A stretch of 64,000 nucleotides of DNA from Octopus vulgaris (taxonomy: Eukaryota), in assembly GCA_951406725.2 (NCBI GenBank), contig OX597818.1:40610001-40674000 (forward strand), in the 5' to 3' direction. The position numbers and the translations under genes are program-made. This document shows, piece after piece, positions 41,270 through 54,681 of this stretch. Position 1 is the first letter of the stretch. Each line of letters begins with the position of its first letter. The notes under the pieces were generated by a model. The model made no database searches. It was not told the origin of the DNA and saw only the letters and a list, made by a program, of their open reading frames with translations.

Positions 41270-41945
41270 TTACTTCTCTTCTATTCTTTCTACGTTCACT
41301 GGTAGCCAAAATCTGTCTATTAACCCACTAAATCCAACAACTACTGGTTTCGTCGTACATTGCAAACTGTATTAATCACACGATTCTCAAGACTTTCATA
41401 TTTTTTGGTCTTCATTTCATGTACCTACACCCTTCCAAAACTCAAGAAACAGGGAATTTTGTCAAGTCACAAGTTACATAACGCCACAAGTGCAGATAGT
41501 CTCTTCCTTATTGCATTAAGGCTTTAAAAACCAAACGTGCCATCGAAACCCAAATGCAGCTTCCAGTCCTGGACAGCATTTAAGTTTCATGGTGTGAAAT
41601 TTTTTTTGTTCACATTCCAAGAGGTATTTTGTTTTCGCGCTCTCATTGACAAAATCTACAGAACATAACTTTGGGTTGATTCTTATCGGATTAATATGTC
41701 GTGTTACTATTTCAATGCATCGGCAAGGATACACAAGACCTGGTTATGCCATTGGGTCTTTTCTGCCAGGGGCCTCTTCCGTGTGGTACGAACGTATCCC
41801 ATCATTGCATAACCTATACACTGATGACAATCAGCAACGTTACTTCAGTATCACTATATACATTTGGTGAAAGTTGCCAAGCAGGAGAATCGAAAACTTG
41901 TTGATTCCACTTTTCCATAGTATGATCCGCGATAGATTTTTGCAA
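41270..41945 (-). pseudogene. Hero/NeSL-like (RLE-type) non-LTR retrotransposon C-terminal relic
   Basis: Across frameshifts: LWKSG..DCHQC..PLAEKTQWHNQVLCILADAL..DWKLHLGFDG..VHEMKTKKYESL..KPVVVGFSG (zinc knuckle plus restriction-like endonuclease motifs). Confidence 0.65.
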
Positions 41946-42098
41946 GAATGTTTAAAGAATAAAGTAATTGAGTGAAAAGAAAAGAAAGAAATCTCTCAAG
42001 GCTTATAAAGTCTATCTCCTTGAACTCACATACACATGATTACATATATACAAGCACAACCATATATATATATATGTGTGTGTATGTGTTTATGTATG

Positions 42099-42147
<49 letters not shown>

Positions 42148-42920
42148 CTGCGTGTGTATTTATATGTATATATATATGTATGTGTGTGTGTGTGTGTGTG
42201 TCGACTTTCACTAGAAACAATAAAAATATGACAGCGACCAAGTCGATGAAGTGAGACAAAATCTTTTCACAATTGACGGCAGATCGTACTATGAAGAAAT
42301 GAGCAAAATGTAACAATTTTTGTGAGCATTTTAAACAGTTAGAATGTGTCGTACATGATATAAGTGCTTCGGTTTCAACACAAGATCTCGGAACAAATCA
42401 TTTGCCAAAGAAGTACAACTCTGACGTAGAAGCCGAATGTTATTCAAATAACGCACGACCTTTTATAAGAGAAAATGATAAACTTATTTGATAACGAGAT
42501 CGAGGCTGAATTCTCGATCATGGGACTCTTAAATTGGGACTGGTCTGGAGCTGAATAGAAAAAAGAGCAAAAACAAGCAAATCTGAAATTTGGGTACCTG
42601 CCCGTACACGTACATAAAACACTCATATAAAACATTAAACACATACACACGCACACACACTCGTGATCCTCTGTAACATCTGTTTCGTATACATACATGC
42701 ATAAATACATACACGCATACACATATACACAAATACATGCATATACATACGTTCATAAATACATACATATACATGCACTTATACACAAATTCATACATAT
42801 ACATACAACCCTAAAGAAATACATATACATACACATAAACACACACATATATACGCATACACTCACACACACACACACACTTATCCTGCTTTATTGAAGC
42901 TCATAAAACAATCTACAGAA

Positions 42921-42962
42921 AATGTTACGCGGGGTTTCATGTCACCGTTCTTCAGACAATTG
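42921..42962 (-). ncRNA. Minimal hammerhead-like motif
   Basis: ATTGT-CTGAAGA-ACG GTGA CAT-GAAA-CCCCGCG-TA-ACATT. The core is intact and the stems are imperfect. Confidence 0.45.
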
Positions 42963-43214
42963 TAATAAAAACTAACTCGGTAAAGGTTATCAATCAGAGC
43001 AAAAAATAATTAGTAACTGATTAATAGTAATTTGATTATTTCAGCACAAAATATCTCTAGATTAAGAAACAGAATTAAAAAAATATGTACTCGGGTAGAT
43101 TTCTTCAACTAACACAAGAAGTACCAAGCGGTCATTTGTGACTGTTTTGCTTTTTAGTTTTAAATTTCTGCGACTCTATTGAATGTGCAGCCTGAACATA
43201 ATTTCATATGTATT

Positions 43215-43423
43215 TTTTATTTGTTTCAGCCATTTGACTGCAACCATGCTGGAGCACCACCTTTAGTCGTAGAAATCGACCCCAGGACTTATTCTTTGTA
43301 AACCTAGTACAGAGACTTAAACACACCAACATCGGTTGTCAAGCAATGGTGGGGCGGGGGGCAAACGCAGACAAAGACACAGACACACACACACAAACAT
43401 ACATACATACATACATACATACA

Positions 43424-43475
<52 letters not shown>

Positions 43476-43639
43476 CGACGGGCTTCTTTCAGTTTCTGTC
43501 TATCACATCCAGTCACAAGGCTTTTGTCGGCCTGAGGCTAAAGTAGAAGATACTTGCTCAAGGTGCCACGCAGAGGGACTGAACTCGGAACCATGTGGTT
43601 GGTAAGCAAGCTACTTACCACGCAGCCACTCTTGCGCCT
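43215..43639 (-). mobile_element. SINE family B (internal deletion)
   Basis: Matches the family. Confidence 0.85.
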
Positions 43640-44616
43640 GTATATATATTTTGCACGTAAAATTTTTTCTAATAAGATTTTCAATGTCGGTCAAAAGTGA
43701 CTGTTATGGTCCTTTAGGTAAGAAATGCTCGTACTTCTAGTGTTAAACCTTTAAACGTTGTGCCTTGGCATGGATACAGTTCAGTGACTGAGAAAAACAA
43801 AAAAAAAAAAACAAGATAAAAGAGAGATATGGGAAACTGAGGCATGTTTTAAAAGTATGAGACCGTATCCAACTCATCGCGGATCTCATCCAAGTAGCGA
43901 TGAGAAAATCACTAAGTACATTTTTTTTTTTTTTGCCTGTAGAAATGTAAAAACGCCGAGAAAATAAATTACACCTATACATAGATAATATTAACAGTGT
44001 CTGCATTAATCTAATAAACTTGTGTAATGATACAAGATCTAGTTGCTGATATGACAGCTTATTGATTTTTTGTTTTTTCGGAGTCATTGGTCACTGACAA
44101 TTTAGTGGAAATGTAATTTAGCGGAAATGTAAGCCTGCAAAAATATTAATGAATATTATTGAACATCGACTAAGAAAAGTAATGGAGTTGTTTCATATTC
44201 TGGCACCGAATAGATAGAGTTTTTAGCGAGTCGTATAAAATGTCTTGTGGTATCTGTTCCAACTCTCTCCAATCGAAGTTCAGATCTCACTGGTGCCAAC
44301 TTTGCTTTTTGTTCTTTAGGGGGTGGATAAATGAACTGGTAGTGGATTGGTGGAATTGTCAGGTCATCATATGAGATCTCTTTGTGTTCTAAGTTTTAAA
44401 TTTTGCATTTTGAGTGTAAACTGTCGAGTTTGCGGGAGTGCATTCATTTGTAAAGTTACTGCAAAACAGTGGCAGTGAAGTCAATGTAAAATCATAAAAA
44501 TAAGAACAATTAAAAGAAATGAGATTGGTTATGAAAGTTCCAACGAACTCACAATATTTCATATGACCTGAATTCGTGATCTTATGCATCTGGAAGAGGA
44601 GGCGGAGGAGGCGAAC

Positions 44617-44808
44617 GAAGAAGAAGAAGAAGAAGAAGAAGAAGAAGAAGAAGAAGAAGAAGAAGAAGAAGAAGAAAAGAAGAAGAAGAAGAAGAAGAAG
44701 AAGAAGAAGAAAGAAGAAGAAGAAGAAGAAGAAGAAAGAAGAAGAAGAAGAAGAAGAAGAAGAAGAAGAAGAAGAAGAAGAAGAAGAAGAAGAAGAAGAA
44801 GAAGAAGA
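44617..44808. repeat. (GAA)n microsatellite
   Basis: Direct reading. Confidence 0.95.
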
Positions 44809-45489
44809 GGGACGTGAAGAACGAAGACAATACGTGGAACTACATGAAAAAAATAACAAAGATTATATTGAAAAATACGAAGGAAGCGCTAGAACAAGAG
44901 TGAGAGAGATTGGTGTCCATTGCGGTCTGTATTTTAGTGTGGAGAGGCAGAATCTGTAGGATTCTTCTTATGTTCTGGATTTTATTGTCGCTAATTCTTG
45001 CTTTATACTTTTTCATATGTAGTCGTTAAATTATATATCTTATGGTATTGGGTTCATAGAATCAAATACCGTCACCCCCACACTCTACAAATCCCTTCTT
45101 TAGGCTAGCTTAGATCTAACTGATAATTTTATATTACTATACTAATGAAATACCGTATTGATATTACCGCTGTTTCATTTGTCACTCCATACTATTTTTA
45201 AAAAATCTCATCATTAATACATTCAAGCAGTATTGTTTTCAGTCTCTCCACCATTAACAGTTACTTATTAAGGGAACTTAGTATTACGTCAATGCTTTAG
45301 TAGCTAATTTAGGCTTAGTGTTTAATCTAATGTCGTGTAAATTATAAATACACTCAACCAAACATATATGTGTATGCTCGCACGTGTATAAAGTGGTTTT
45401 TATATTCAATATTCAATTAAGCTAGAGGATTGCCACAAACAAGACAAAAAATAGTATTACATGTTCCCATAGCCAATTAAACAAAAGTC

Positions 45490-45915
45490 ACAACTCATTC
45501 AACAACACCGATGCTTGTCCACTTAAGAAATATTGCAACATAGAAACTGGAAATTTGTAAATCAGAGGTTGTATGTATAAAACCACAACTATATGTGACA
45601 CACAAATGATACGTAGGCATGACTTAAGGGAAGTTCAAACACAGATTCTATAGCTTCATCTTCTAGACACAATAAACGATAATATTAACCGGTTACATCG
45701 AGCAATTCCAAACAACACTTCCTACAACAAAATTATATAGAAAATTATTGAAAGGTCAAAACCCTACAAGAATGGAATCAAAAAATATAACCTTTGTACT
45801 GCAGAGAAGAAACAAATTCTCATATACCTGTACAACCATAATATCAGCTTCAACAACAAGGAATATCTGTTATGTAACTGGGTTATAATACCGAAACCTC
45901 ATTAACAGCAATTTC
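45490..45915 (+). pseudogene. Penelope-like GIY-YIG endonuclease relic (Naiad-type)
   Basis: DACPLKKYCN..YVGMT*GKFKHRFY..KIIERSKPYKNGIKKYNLCTAEKKQIL. Confidence 0.75.
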
Positions 45916-46639
45916 ATATGTTAGCATGTATACGCGGTTCACTTCTATTTTTCGTTTCCCCTATTATTCATTTCTTCTCTTTTTGCTTCACATTCTTTTT
46001 CGGTTATCTCCTCCTTTATTGATGTAACTATCTTACATCCGTAACCTCCTTTTTGTATATTTGATTTATTTTGGCCTTATTTTGTGCCAATTTTCATTTA
46101 TTTACTACATTTCTTGAAATCTATTGCTCCTCGATGTTGATACAACTCAGCCTAACCATCAAAACTTTATGGCCGCCAATAGAAGCAGAACTTTTTTTTT
46201 TTTGTTTGGCAATTTTGTCAAAATATACTTTAAGTAAACAGCGTTATCTGACGATAGAAGTTATGACAAGAAAATCTATCGTAGTTTTTCACATTTTACA
46301 TGCGAGCACGCACTCACACACACACGTACATGCATACACACACGCACACATACACAGAGGCAGACGTGCATGAGTACGGAGAAAGCTAAAAGAGGAGAGA
46401 TGGTAATAAAGAAAAAAATGTTTGACTGTCTGTGGAAGCATGCACTTTTATGTATTGCATGAAATATATATAAAATTATACAGGCATTCATATACTAAGT
46501 TATCTATGTAAACAATCAATAGAGCCATGAATAGTATAGCTAATAAATGCAAACGCGTGTACATAACACACATACGTACATTCAAATACACTTAGACACA
46601 CATACACATATATAGTAAATCTATATAACTACATACAGA

Positions 46640-46890
<251 letters not shown>

Positions 46891-47023
46891 ATGCAAACAT
46901 ACATACATAACACATATATATATAACAGATATATGCGATATGTATGTGTGTATATACACATACACACACGTACATACATACATATACATACATATATACA
47001 CATGCGAGCGCGCACACAGAGAT

Positions 47024-47059
<36 letters not shown>

Positions 47060-47521
47060 ATACAAGAAAGTCCAATGATAAAGCAAGAGTATATGAAAAA
47101 AAATACTGGATAATATCAATGGAAAATGAAGAAACTGCTTTCGATGATATTATCCTCCGTAAATCCTAAACGGATGCTGGAATATGTGCAAGGAATATTA
47201 ATCTGGTGTATAAGAAATAATGGGATTAATGACCTTTGAAATGTTGCCGAACATTCTGGATTCTAGCAAAGAACATAAACAGAAGATCTGTGTAGTTAAT
47301 CTTCTGAAATAATGGAAGTCAAACAGTAAATTCGAATGGTCTTTATTTAACATCATAATGTGGATTTACTTTCATTAGACTGATACAGGTATACAGACGC
47401 AAGCACATTGGCATGTGTTGGAGTGTGTGTATACAAGTACAATTTCTTGCATTTAATAGTTCATATATACATAACAAAAACAAACGCACTTGTACACATG
47501 TATGAATGTATATGTCCGTGC

Positions 47522-47638
<117 letters not shown>

Positions 47639-47654
47639 AACATACATATACATA

Positions 47655-47751
<97 letters not shown>

Positions 47752-48776
47752 GGGGTAGGGCGTTGCATCGATATATGTACAAAACAAATCTGATCGTTTG
47801 GAAATCTTTCAACATTTGTGGAATCATATACACACACTCCTACAGACATACACATATACACACATACATGTACACACTTACCCATACACAGACATATCTG
47901 TATGTGGAGTATTTATGTATTAAATATAAACATCTATTGAATCGGAAAAGTATTGATTGCGGTTCTTGTTTAGCCCCAGGTCAACGCTAACCGAAGAGAG
48001 CTTTGATGAAATGCGTTCCTATTGTGGCCATCAAAAATATTTCCATCTCCATACAACGTAGGACTTCATTATTTTATGTTTTGTTTTTATCTATAGTTAT
48101 CATATATATGAAAGTAATAAGGAGGAATTAAACTTTAAAAATGTAGGTATCGTAGTCAAGAATATCTATTTGTTCGTGAAATATGAAAATTATAATATTT
48201 GTAGAATTCATTGAATGTAAAAATTATAACGATATCGAGTCTAAATAAACCTCTTTTAAAACATGTTTATTTAAAAAGCAACGGATTTCAAACTAACTGA
48301 ATGAATAAATGAATGAAACAATTAATGTTGATGTCAGTGTATCCTCTGTTATGCAAATTAGAAAGACCAATTTTGTGACGACTAAATTTAAGTAACTTTA
48401 AGGTACTAATCTCGCCGTTGATGGAAGGCCATTACTTCCTTCGTGTATACATTAGTTATCCATGCTAGAATGGGTTTAGACGAATGTATTATTCAGGCGT
48501 AGTATTACAGTTGGATGCCTTTCCTGTGGCTAACTTTTATGCTCTTTCTTCAAGAAAGGGATCACATATAAGCCATGCCCACGAAAATTCAAACCCAACC
48601 GAGAAACTGCTGACAAGGGAAATAGCAATATGATCACCACCCATTGGTGAGCAATTGTCGAAAAGTACAAATATAAAGAAGCACACACACGCATACGTAT
48701 ACATACATACATACATACATACATACATACATACATACACACATACATACATGCATACATACATACATACATACAT

Positions 48777-48837
<61 letters not shown>

Positions 48838-48949
48838 CATACATACCGATACACACACACACATATACGAGTGGGTAAACAAACGAAAGAAGGGTACTCA
48901 ACACATTTATTGAGAGTAACATGTATGTATATATATATATATATATACA

Positions 48950-49259
48950 TCACTGTCACCGTGACCGACCAGGCTATCAGAAGTTGCTACACATCACTGG
49001 TCACAATGCGCTTCGCATTGTTTTAGCCTTCAAATGACGCCACCCCGCTGGCTAAACGAGCAGGCCAACAGAAGAAAGAGTGAGAGAAAGTTGTGGCGAA
49101 AGAGTACAGCGGGAATCGCCACCACCCCCTGCCGGAACCTCGTGGAGCTTTAGGTGTTTTCCGCTCAATAAACACTCACAACGCCCGGTCTAAGAATCGA
49201 AAACGCAATCCTACGACCGCAATCCTAAGAACACGAGTCCGCTGCCCTAACCAATGCGC

Positions 49260-49260
<1 letters not shown>
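48950..49260 (-). mobile_element. OR-type SINE, tail C
   Basis: Matches 33814-34124. Confidence 0.85.
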
Positions 49261-49304
<44 letters not shown>

Positions 49305-49305
<1 letters not shown>

Positions 49306-49608
49306 CACGTCACGTGACCGACCAGACCATCAGATGTTGTTACACATCGCTGGTCACAATGCGTTCGCATTGTTTTAGCCTTCGAATGACGCCACCCCGC
49401 TGGCTAAGCGAGCTGGCCAACAGAAGAAAGAGTGGTGAAAGAGTACAGCAGGGATCACCACCCCCTGCCGGAGCCTCGTGGAGCTTTTAGGTGTTTGCGC
49501 TCAATAAACACACACAACGCCCGGTCTGGCACAACGCCCGGTCTGGGAATCGAAACCGCGATCCTGCGACCGCGAGTTCGCTGCCCTAACCACAAGGCCA
49601 TTGCGAAT

Positions 49609-49610
<2 letters not shown>
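49305..49610 (-). mobile_element. OR-type SINE, tail C
   Basis: Matches 33814-34124, with an internal duplication of CACAACGCCCGGTCTGG. Confidence 0.85.
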
Positions 49611-49691
<81 letters not shown>

Positions 49692-49692
49692 T

Positions 49693-49796
49693 CTCGCTTA
49701 GCCAGCGGGGTGGCGTCATTCGAAGGCTAAAACAATGCGAACGCATTGTGACCAGCGATGTGTAAAAACATCTGATGGTCTGGTCGGTCACGTGAT

Positions 49797-49803
<7 letters not shown>
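49693..49803 (+). mobile_element. Tail C fragment, inverted relative to 49305-49411
   Basis: Near-perfect reverse complement. Confidence 0.85.
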
Positions 49804-49869
<66 letters not shown>

Positions 49870-49873
<4 letters not shown>

Positions 49874-50225
49874 AAGTAAATACTATTTGCCAACATAATG
49901 TGGCTGTTCTGAAAGGGAATATGTTACTGTTATTTAAGTCCCAAGAAGCATAGTTTCTAGTTGGCTATACGACACACTATCTGCTTAGCCAGATGGCGTT
50001 GCTGAATTCACGGTTCGAACATACGTTTTGAAAGTGACACACAGTCACTAACCAAAAATTTAAAATATTATTTCTAAATCTCTCAATGAGAGACATTCAA
50101 AGAGTATTCAAAGTAACATCGTTCCTTTCAGGACAACCACATTATGTTGGCAAATAGCATTTACTTTAAAGAACTGTTACTGAGTGTCTCACATCTCTAG
50201 ATTTAGAAATAATACTATTTATATT
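49870..50225. mobile_element. Family S1 element with inverted duplications
   Basis: 49873-49928 is the inverse of 50112-50167, and 50066-50099 is the inverse of ~50181-50214. Confidence 0.65.
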
Positions 50226-50456
50226 CAACTTACGATGAAAGTAAACAAAGTTTGTGTTTAGAAGCGTTGAAATGTATTGAAAGATAGAGAAATAAATTTT
50301 TTTTTAATTCTCAAACGCGTGATAATGCTAATAAATAGCGTGATCAGGATAAATTATCCATACATTGCAGAGAAATACGTTACCGGCCAGCCATGAGACT
50401 CGAACTCACATCCCTGTGATTGATTACGCGTCAAGTGCTTTACCATCAAGCTATAC

Positions 50457-50854
50457 AAATATTGCATTTCTAAATCTTTCAGAGAGAATTATACAGTAAC
50501 TGTACAATAAAGTGATGGTTTGTTGCCAATTTAATGTGACACTCCCAGGAAAGGGAAGAATGTTACTTCTATTTAGTCGCAGGAAACACCGTTTCCAGTT
50601 GAGTCTGTGACACAAGCGTTCTGTGTTCTTAAGTTTTCAAAGAGGGGAGATAAACACCTCCACCCAGCAAAGCCAGCATTCAGAGATTAGTTTCAGAGTC
50701 ATGGGTCTTCATCAGTCTGGAGTAGCTTGGCTTGTTAGCTGTTGATGCTTATTCGCCTTTGAAAACGTATAGAATTTCAAGTGAAATGAATTCACTAATC
50801 TACAAAATTAGAAATATTGCTTTTCTAAATCTCTCAGAGAGATTTATACAGTAA
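50457..50854 (-). mobile_element. Retrozyme-like element (family S1): 355-bp unit plus 43-bp direct repeat, with hammerhead
   Basis: AAATATTGC.TTTCTAAATCT.TCAGAGAGA.TTATACAGTAA at 50457 and 50812, followed by (TA)n. Confidence 0.65.
50679..50722 (-). ncRNA. Minimal type I hammerhead-like motif
   Basis: CAGA-CTGATGA-AGA CCCATGAC TCT-GAAA-CTAA-TC-TCTG. Stem I extends imperfectly to 50632/50766. Confidence 0.55.
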
Positions 50855-50867
50855 GTAGCAACACACA

Positions 50868-50913
<46 letters not shown>

Positions 50914-51582
50914 ATACATACGTGCAATTATCTATATATGTATATATACGACGAACTTAATTTACTCTTCGCATACCTAATCCACTCAGAAGGACTAAAC
51001 CCGAAACCAAGTTTTTAACCACACAGACATACCTCGTTCTCCTAAAGGACGAATCGATCCCCCTCTTAGTGCCCTTGAGTAGAGTAAAAGTGTGGTGTAC
51101 CCATTTCGTATGCTTAGCACAGTGAGGCTACAACGGTAGGTTGATCAATAAAGAAAAAGTTGACAAAATTTACATAGCATTTCAAAATATAGCGAGGGTT
51201 ATAGCTACGTGCATGAAATCAACGTGTTGTTACTACGTTCTTGCCTCCGAACAGAAATCTATATATGATTGGACGCTTGCAAGCATACGCGTGTGTACGT
51301 ACGTGAGCATGCGTACAATATACGTGTGTGTGCGCGCGCGCGCGTGTGTGTGAGAGAGAGAGAGAGTATGTGAATATATGCGCGTTCGTGGTTGCGTATA
51401 AATCTTTAGCTGTATACAGATCGAATAAATATGTTCAGTGAAAAGTAGCAGCTGACGGGAGGAAAGTTTATTTAAGCAGATATATAAATTCTACGCCTGC
51501 ATTCGCATAGCGTACAGGTCATTCCTAGAGATTATTCATTTTCTAGTTGTCACTATAATGCTTCCCATCTATCTATCTATGC

Positions 51583-51649
<67 letters not shown>

Positions 51650-51667
51650 GATTTCTTCACTCTCTTG

Positions 51668-51717
<50 letters not shown>

Positions 51718-52222
51718 CTCACACACGTATAAACGTGTATGTGTGAATGCATGAGTGTATGTGCATCTGTGTGTGTGTATGTGTGTGTGTGTGTGGTAGA
51801 CTTACATAAACTTAAACAGTGCAATCTTAGTTAATCGAAGTGATGTGTTAGTGAGCGTTCGTTTATGTGTCTGTCTGTCTGTCTGTCTGCCTATCGATCT
51901 TTATCTCACCATCATCTCAAACTCTCTCTTTCTCTCTTTCTCTCTCTCTCTCTCACTAAGCGTGTGTTAATGTATGTGTTTGTATTTGGGTACATGTATA
52001 CAATACAAAACTCCGTAGGAGTTTTTATTTACAAGCGAACAGTAGAACAATACGACGAGTTTCGTCTTGCTACTGCTGTCAGACTGTAGGATATATCTCT
52101 GTTTATTCTACAAAAAGAAGAACCTTACAATTACTCATGGGAACATTTTGCATGAATAGATTCGTTGGCAAAGCGTAATAATTATTTAAACTACTGTGAC
52201 AACAAGAGCATGGTGGAATTGT

Positions 52223-52619
52223 AGGCGTAGGAGTGGCTGTGTGGCAAGTAGCTTGCTTACGAAGCCATGGTTTCGGGATCAGTCCCACTGCGTGGCACCT
52301 AAGGCAAGTGTCTTCTGCCATAGCCTCGGGCTAACCAAAGCATTATGAGTGGATTTGGTAGACAGAAACTAAAAGAATCCCGTCGTATATATATGTGTGT
52401 GTGTGTGTTTATGTTTGTGTGTCTGTGTTTGTCCCCCAATCTCGATGGTGGTGTGTTTACGTCCCCGTAAATTAGCGGTTCGGCAAAAGAAACCGAGAGA
52501 ATAAGTACTAGGCTTACAAAGAATAAGTCCTGGGGTCGATTTGTTCGACTAAAGGCGGTGCTCCAGCATGGCCGCAGTCAAATGACTGAAATAAGTAAAA
52601 GAGTAAAAGAGTAAGAGTA
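52223..52619 (+). mobile_element. SINE family B
   Basis: Full length. Confidence 0.9.
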
Positions 52620-53060
52620 TAACATATATATGATTGTGGACTCTCTTATATTAAACGACAAGAAAGGGTTCCACACCTTTTGCTGAAGAACCTGCGCAAG
52701 CGATTTGTTTATAGTGATCAAAGGTTTGTGCTGTACATTACCTAACTCCCTCCATCGAGATGCACCTAAAGTGATCGCAGACCAGATTGAGAATATGAGG
52801 CTTAACTTACCTTATTGGTCCTTACCCAGAATATTACAGCGTCGTTTCCAATGGACCATTCCAGGCATAGAACAGGCTTTTAATAGCAAGAGTTTTCCCT
52901 TTTCTTTCATAGAGACTGGTGGCTCAGGAGCACTCCTCAGGTTCCGAGGAGCAACCGCCATACCATAATATTATTCTATTCATTATTATACGTAAATTAC
53001 GATGTAATCGAATGGCCCTTTCCCCAAACCTCCAGGCCGTGTGCCTATAATAGAAATGAT

Positions 53061-53484
53061 TACTCTTTTACTCTTTTTACTCTTTTACTTGTTTCAGTCA
53101 TTTGACTGCGGCCATGCTGGAGCACCACCTTTAGTCGAGCAAATCGACCCCGGGACTTATTCTTTGTAAGCCCAGTACTTATTCTATCGGTCTCTTTTTG
53201 CCGAACCGCTAAGTGACGGGGACGTAAACACACCAGCATCGGTTGTCAAGTGGTGGTGAGGGGGACAAACACAGACACACAAACATATACACACACATAC
53301 ATATATATATACACATATATACGACAGGTTTCTTTCAGTTTCCGTCTACCAAATCCACTCACAAGATATTGGTCGGCCCGAGGCTATAGCAGAAGACACT
53401 TGCCCAAGATGCCACGCACAAAGATGCCACTGAATCCGGAACCATGTGGTTGGTAAGCAAGCTACTTACCACACAGCCACTCCT
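53061..53484 (-). mobile_element. SINE family B
   Basis: Near full length. Confidence 0.9.
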
Positions 53485-53802
53485 ATATTCACATTACCCC
53501 TTCGTATATGTTTATTTACATTTTGTTCATACTCATATTCATATGTACACAACCTCAGTATTCTAAAAAATTATTTCGGGTTGGCAACGAATCCAGTGAT
53601 AAGAAAATAAGAAAATAGTGCTTCTTACTAATAATATCATTTCTAAACATTTATACACAGGTTTCCCTCTCTCCGGCTCACTCTCTCTTTCTTCCCTGTC
53701 TGTCTCTCTCCTTCCTATCTATCACTCTTCCTTTATATACGTATATACGTACATACATACGTACATACACACACTCGAGCACACACATACACACATATAC
53801 AC

Positions 53803-53837
<35 letters not shown>

Positions 53838-53932
53838 AAGAGAGACAGTAAAAGAGAGAGAACAATTATACGGAGAAAAAAAATTAAATATGATAACCTG
53901 GGTTTCATATACATGTGTTTATGTGTGTGGGT

Positions 53933-54064
53933 AGATAAATTAAGTACCAGTTGCGAACTGGGGGTCCGATGTAATCGACTTAATCCGTTTGTCTGTCCTT
54001 GTTTGTCCCCTCTGTGTTTAGCCCCTTGTGGGTAGTAAAGAAATAGGTATTTCGTCTGCCACTA
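53933..54064 (+). mobile_element. Family A fragment spanning a unit junction
   Basis: Contains the ..GAAATAG|GTATTTCGTCTGCC junction. Confidence 0.8.
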
Positions 54065-54100
54065 CAAATAAATATTTTATTTGTAAATATGTGTGGGTGA

Positions 54101-54171
<71 letters not shown>

Positions 54172-54192
54172 TATGTGTGTGTGTGTGTTTGT

Positions 54193-54247
<55 letters not shown>

Positions 54248-54628
54248 TGTGTATGTGTGTATGTGTGTAAACAACACATCGTTAATTGCTAAGTTACGGC
54301 TCTGGTCAAAGTGTAACTTACCTACACCCTAATGAATATCGATAAAAATATACCCTTGTAAAGTAGATGGTGAGTTCGATATGATGATCAGCTAAGAATC
54401 CTCAAATCAGCGCCACCTTTATAAAACAGAAACATTGTTTCCGAATTTAACACATTTGTATGTTTAATTATAAATACACAAAAATTCATTTATTTCACTG
54501 AAGTTCGTTTATTTGGTGTTTTTGGCAGCGGAAAGGTAATAAAAACGTATTCAATGAAAGATTCATATGTCCTTAAATGTGTTTAAGATCATCGCCTTCT
54601 GATCTTAATCTAATTTATAATAGCTGAT

Positions 54629-54681
<53 letters not shown>

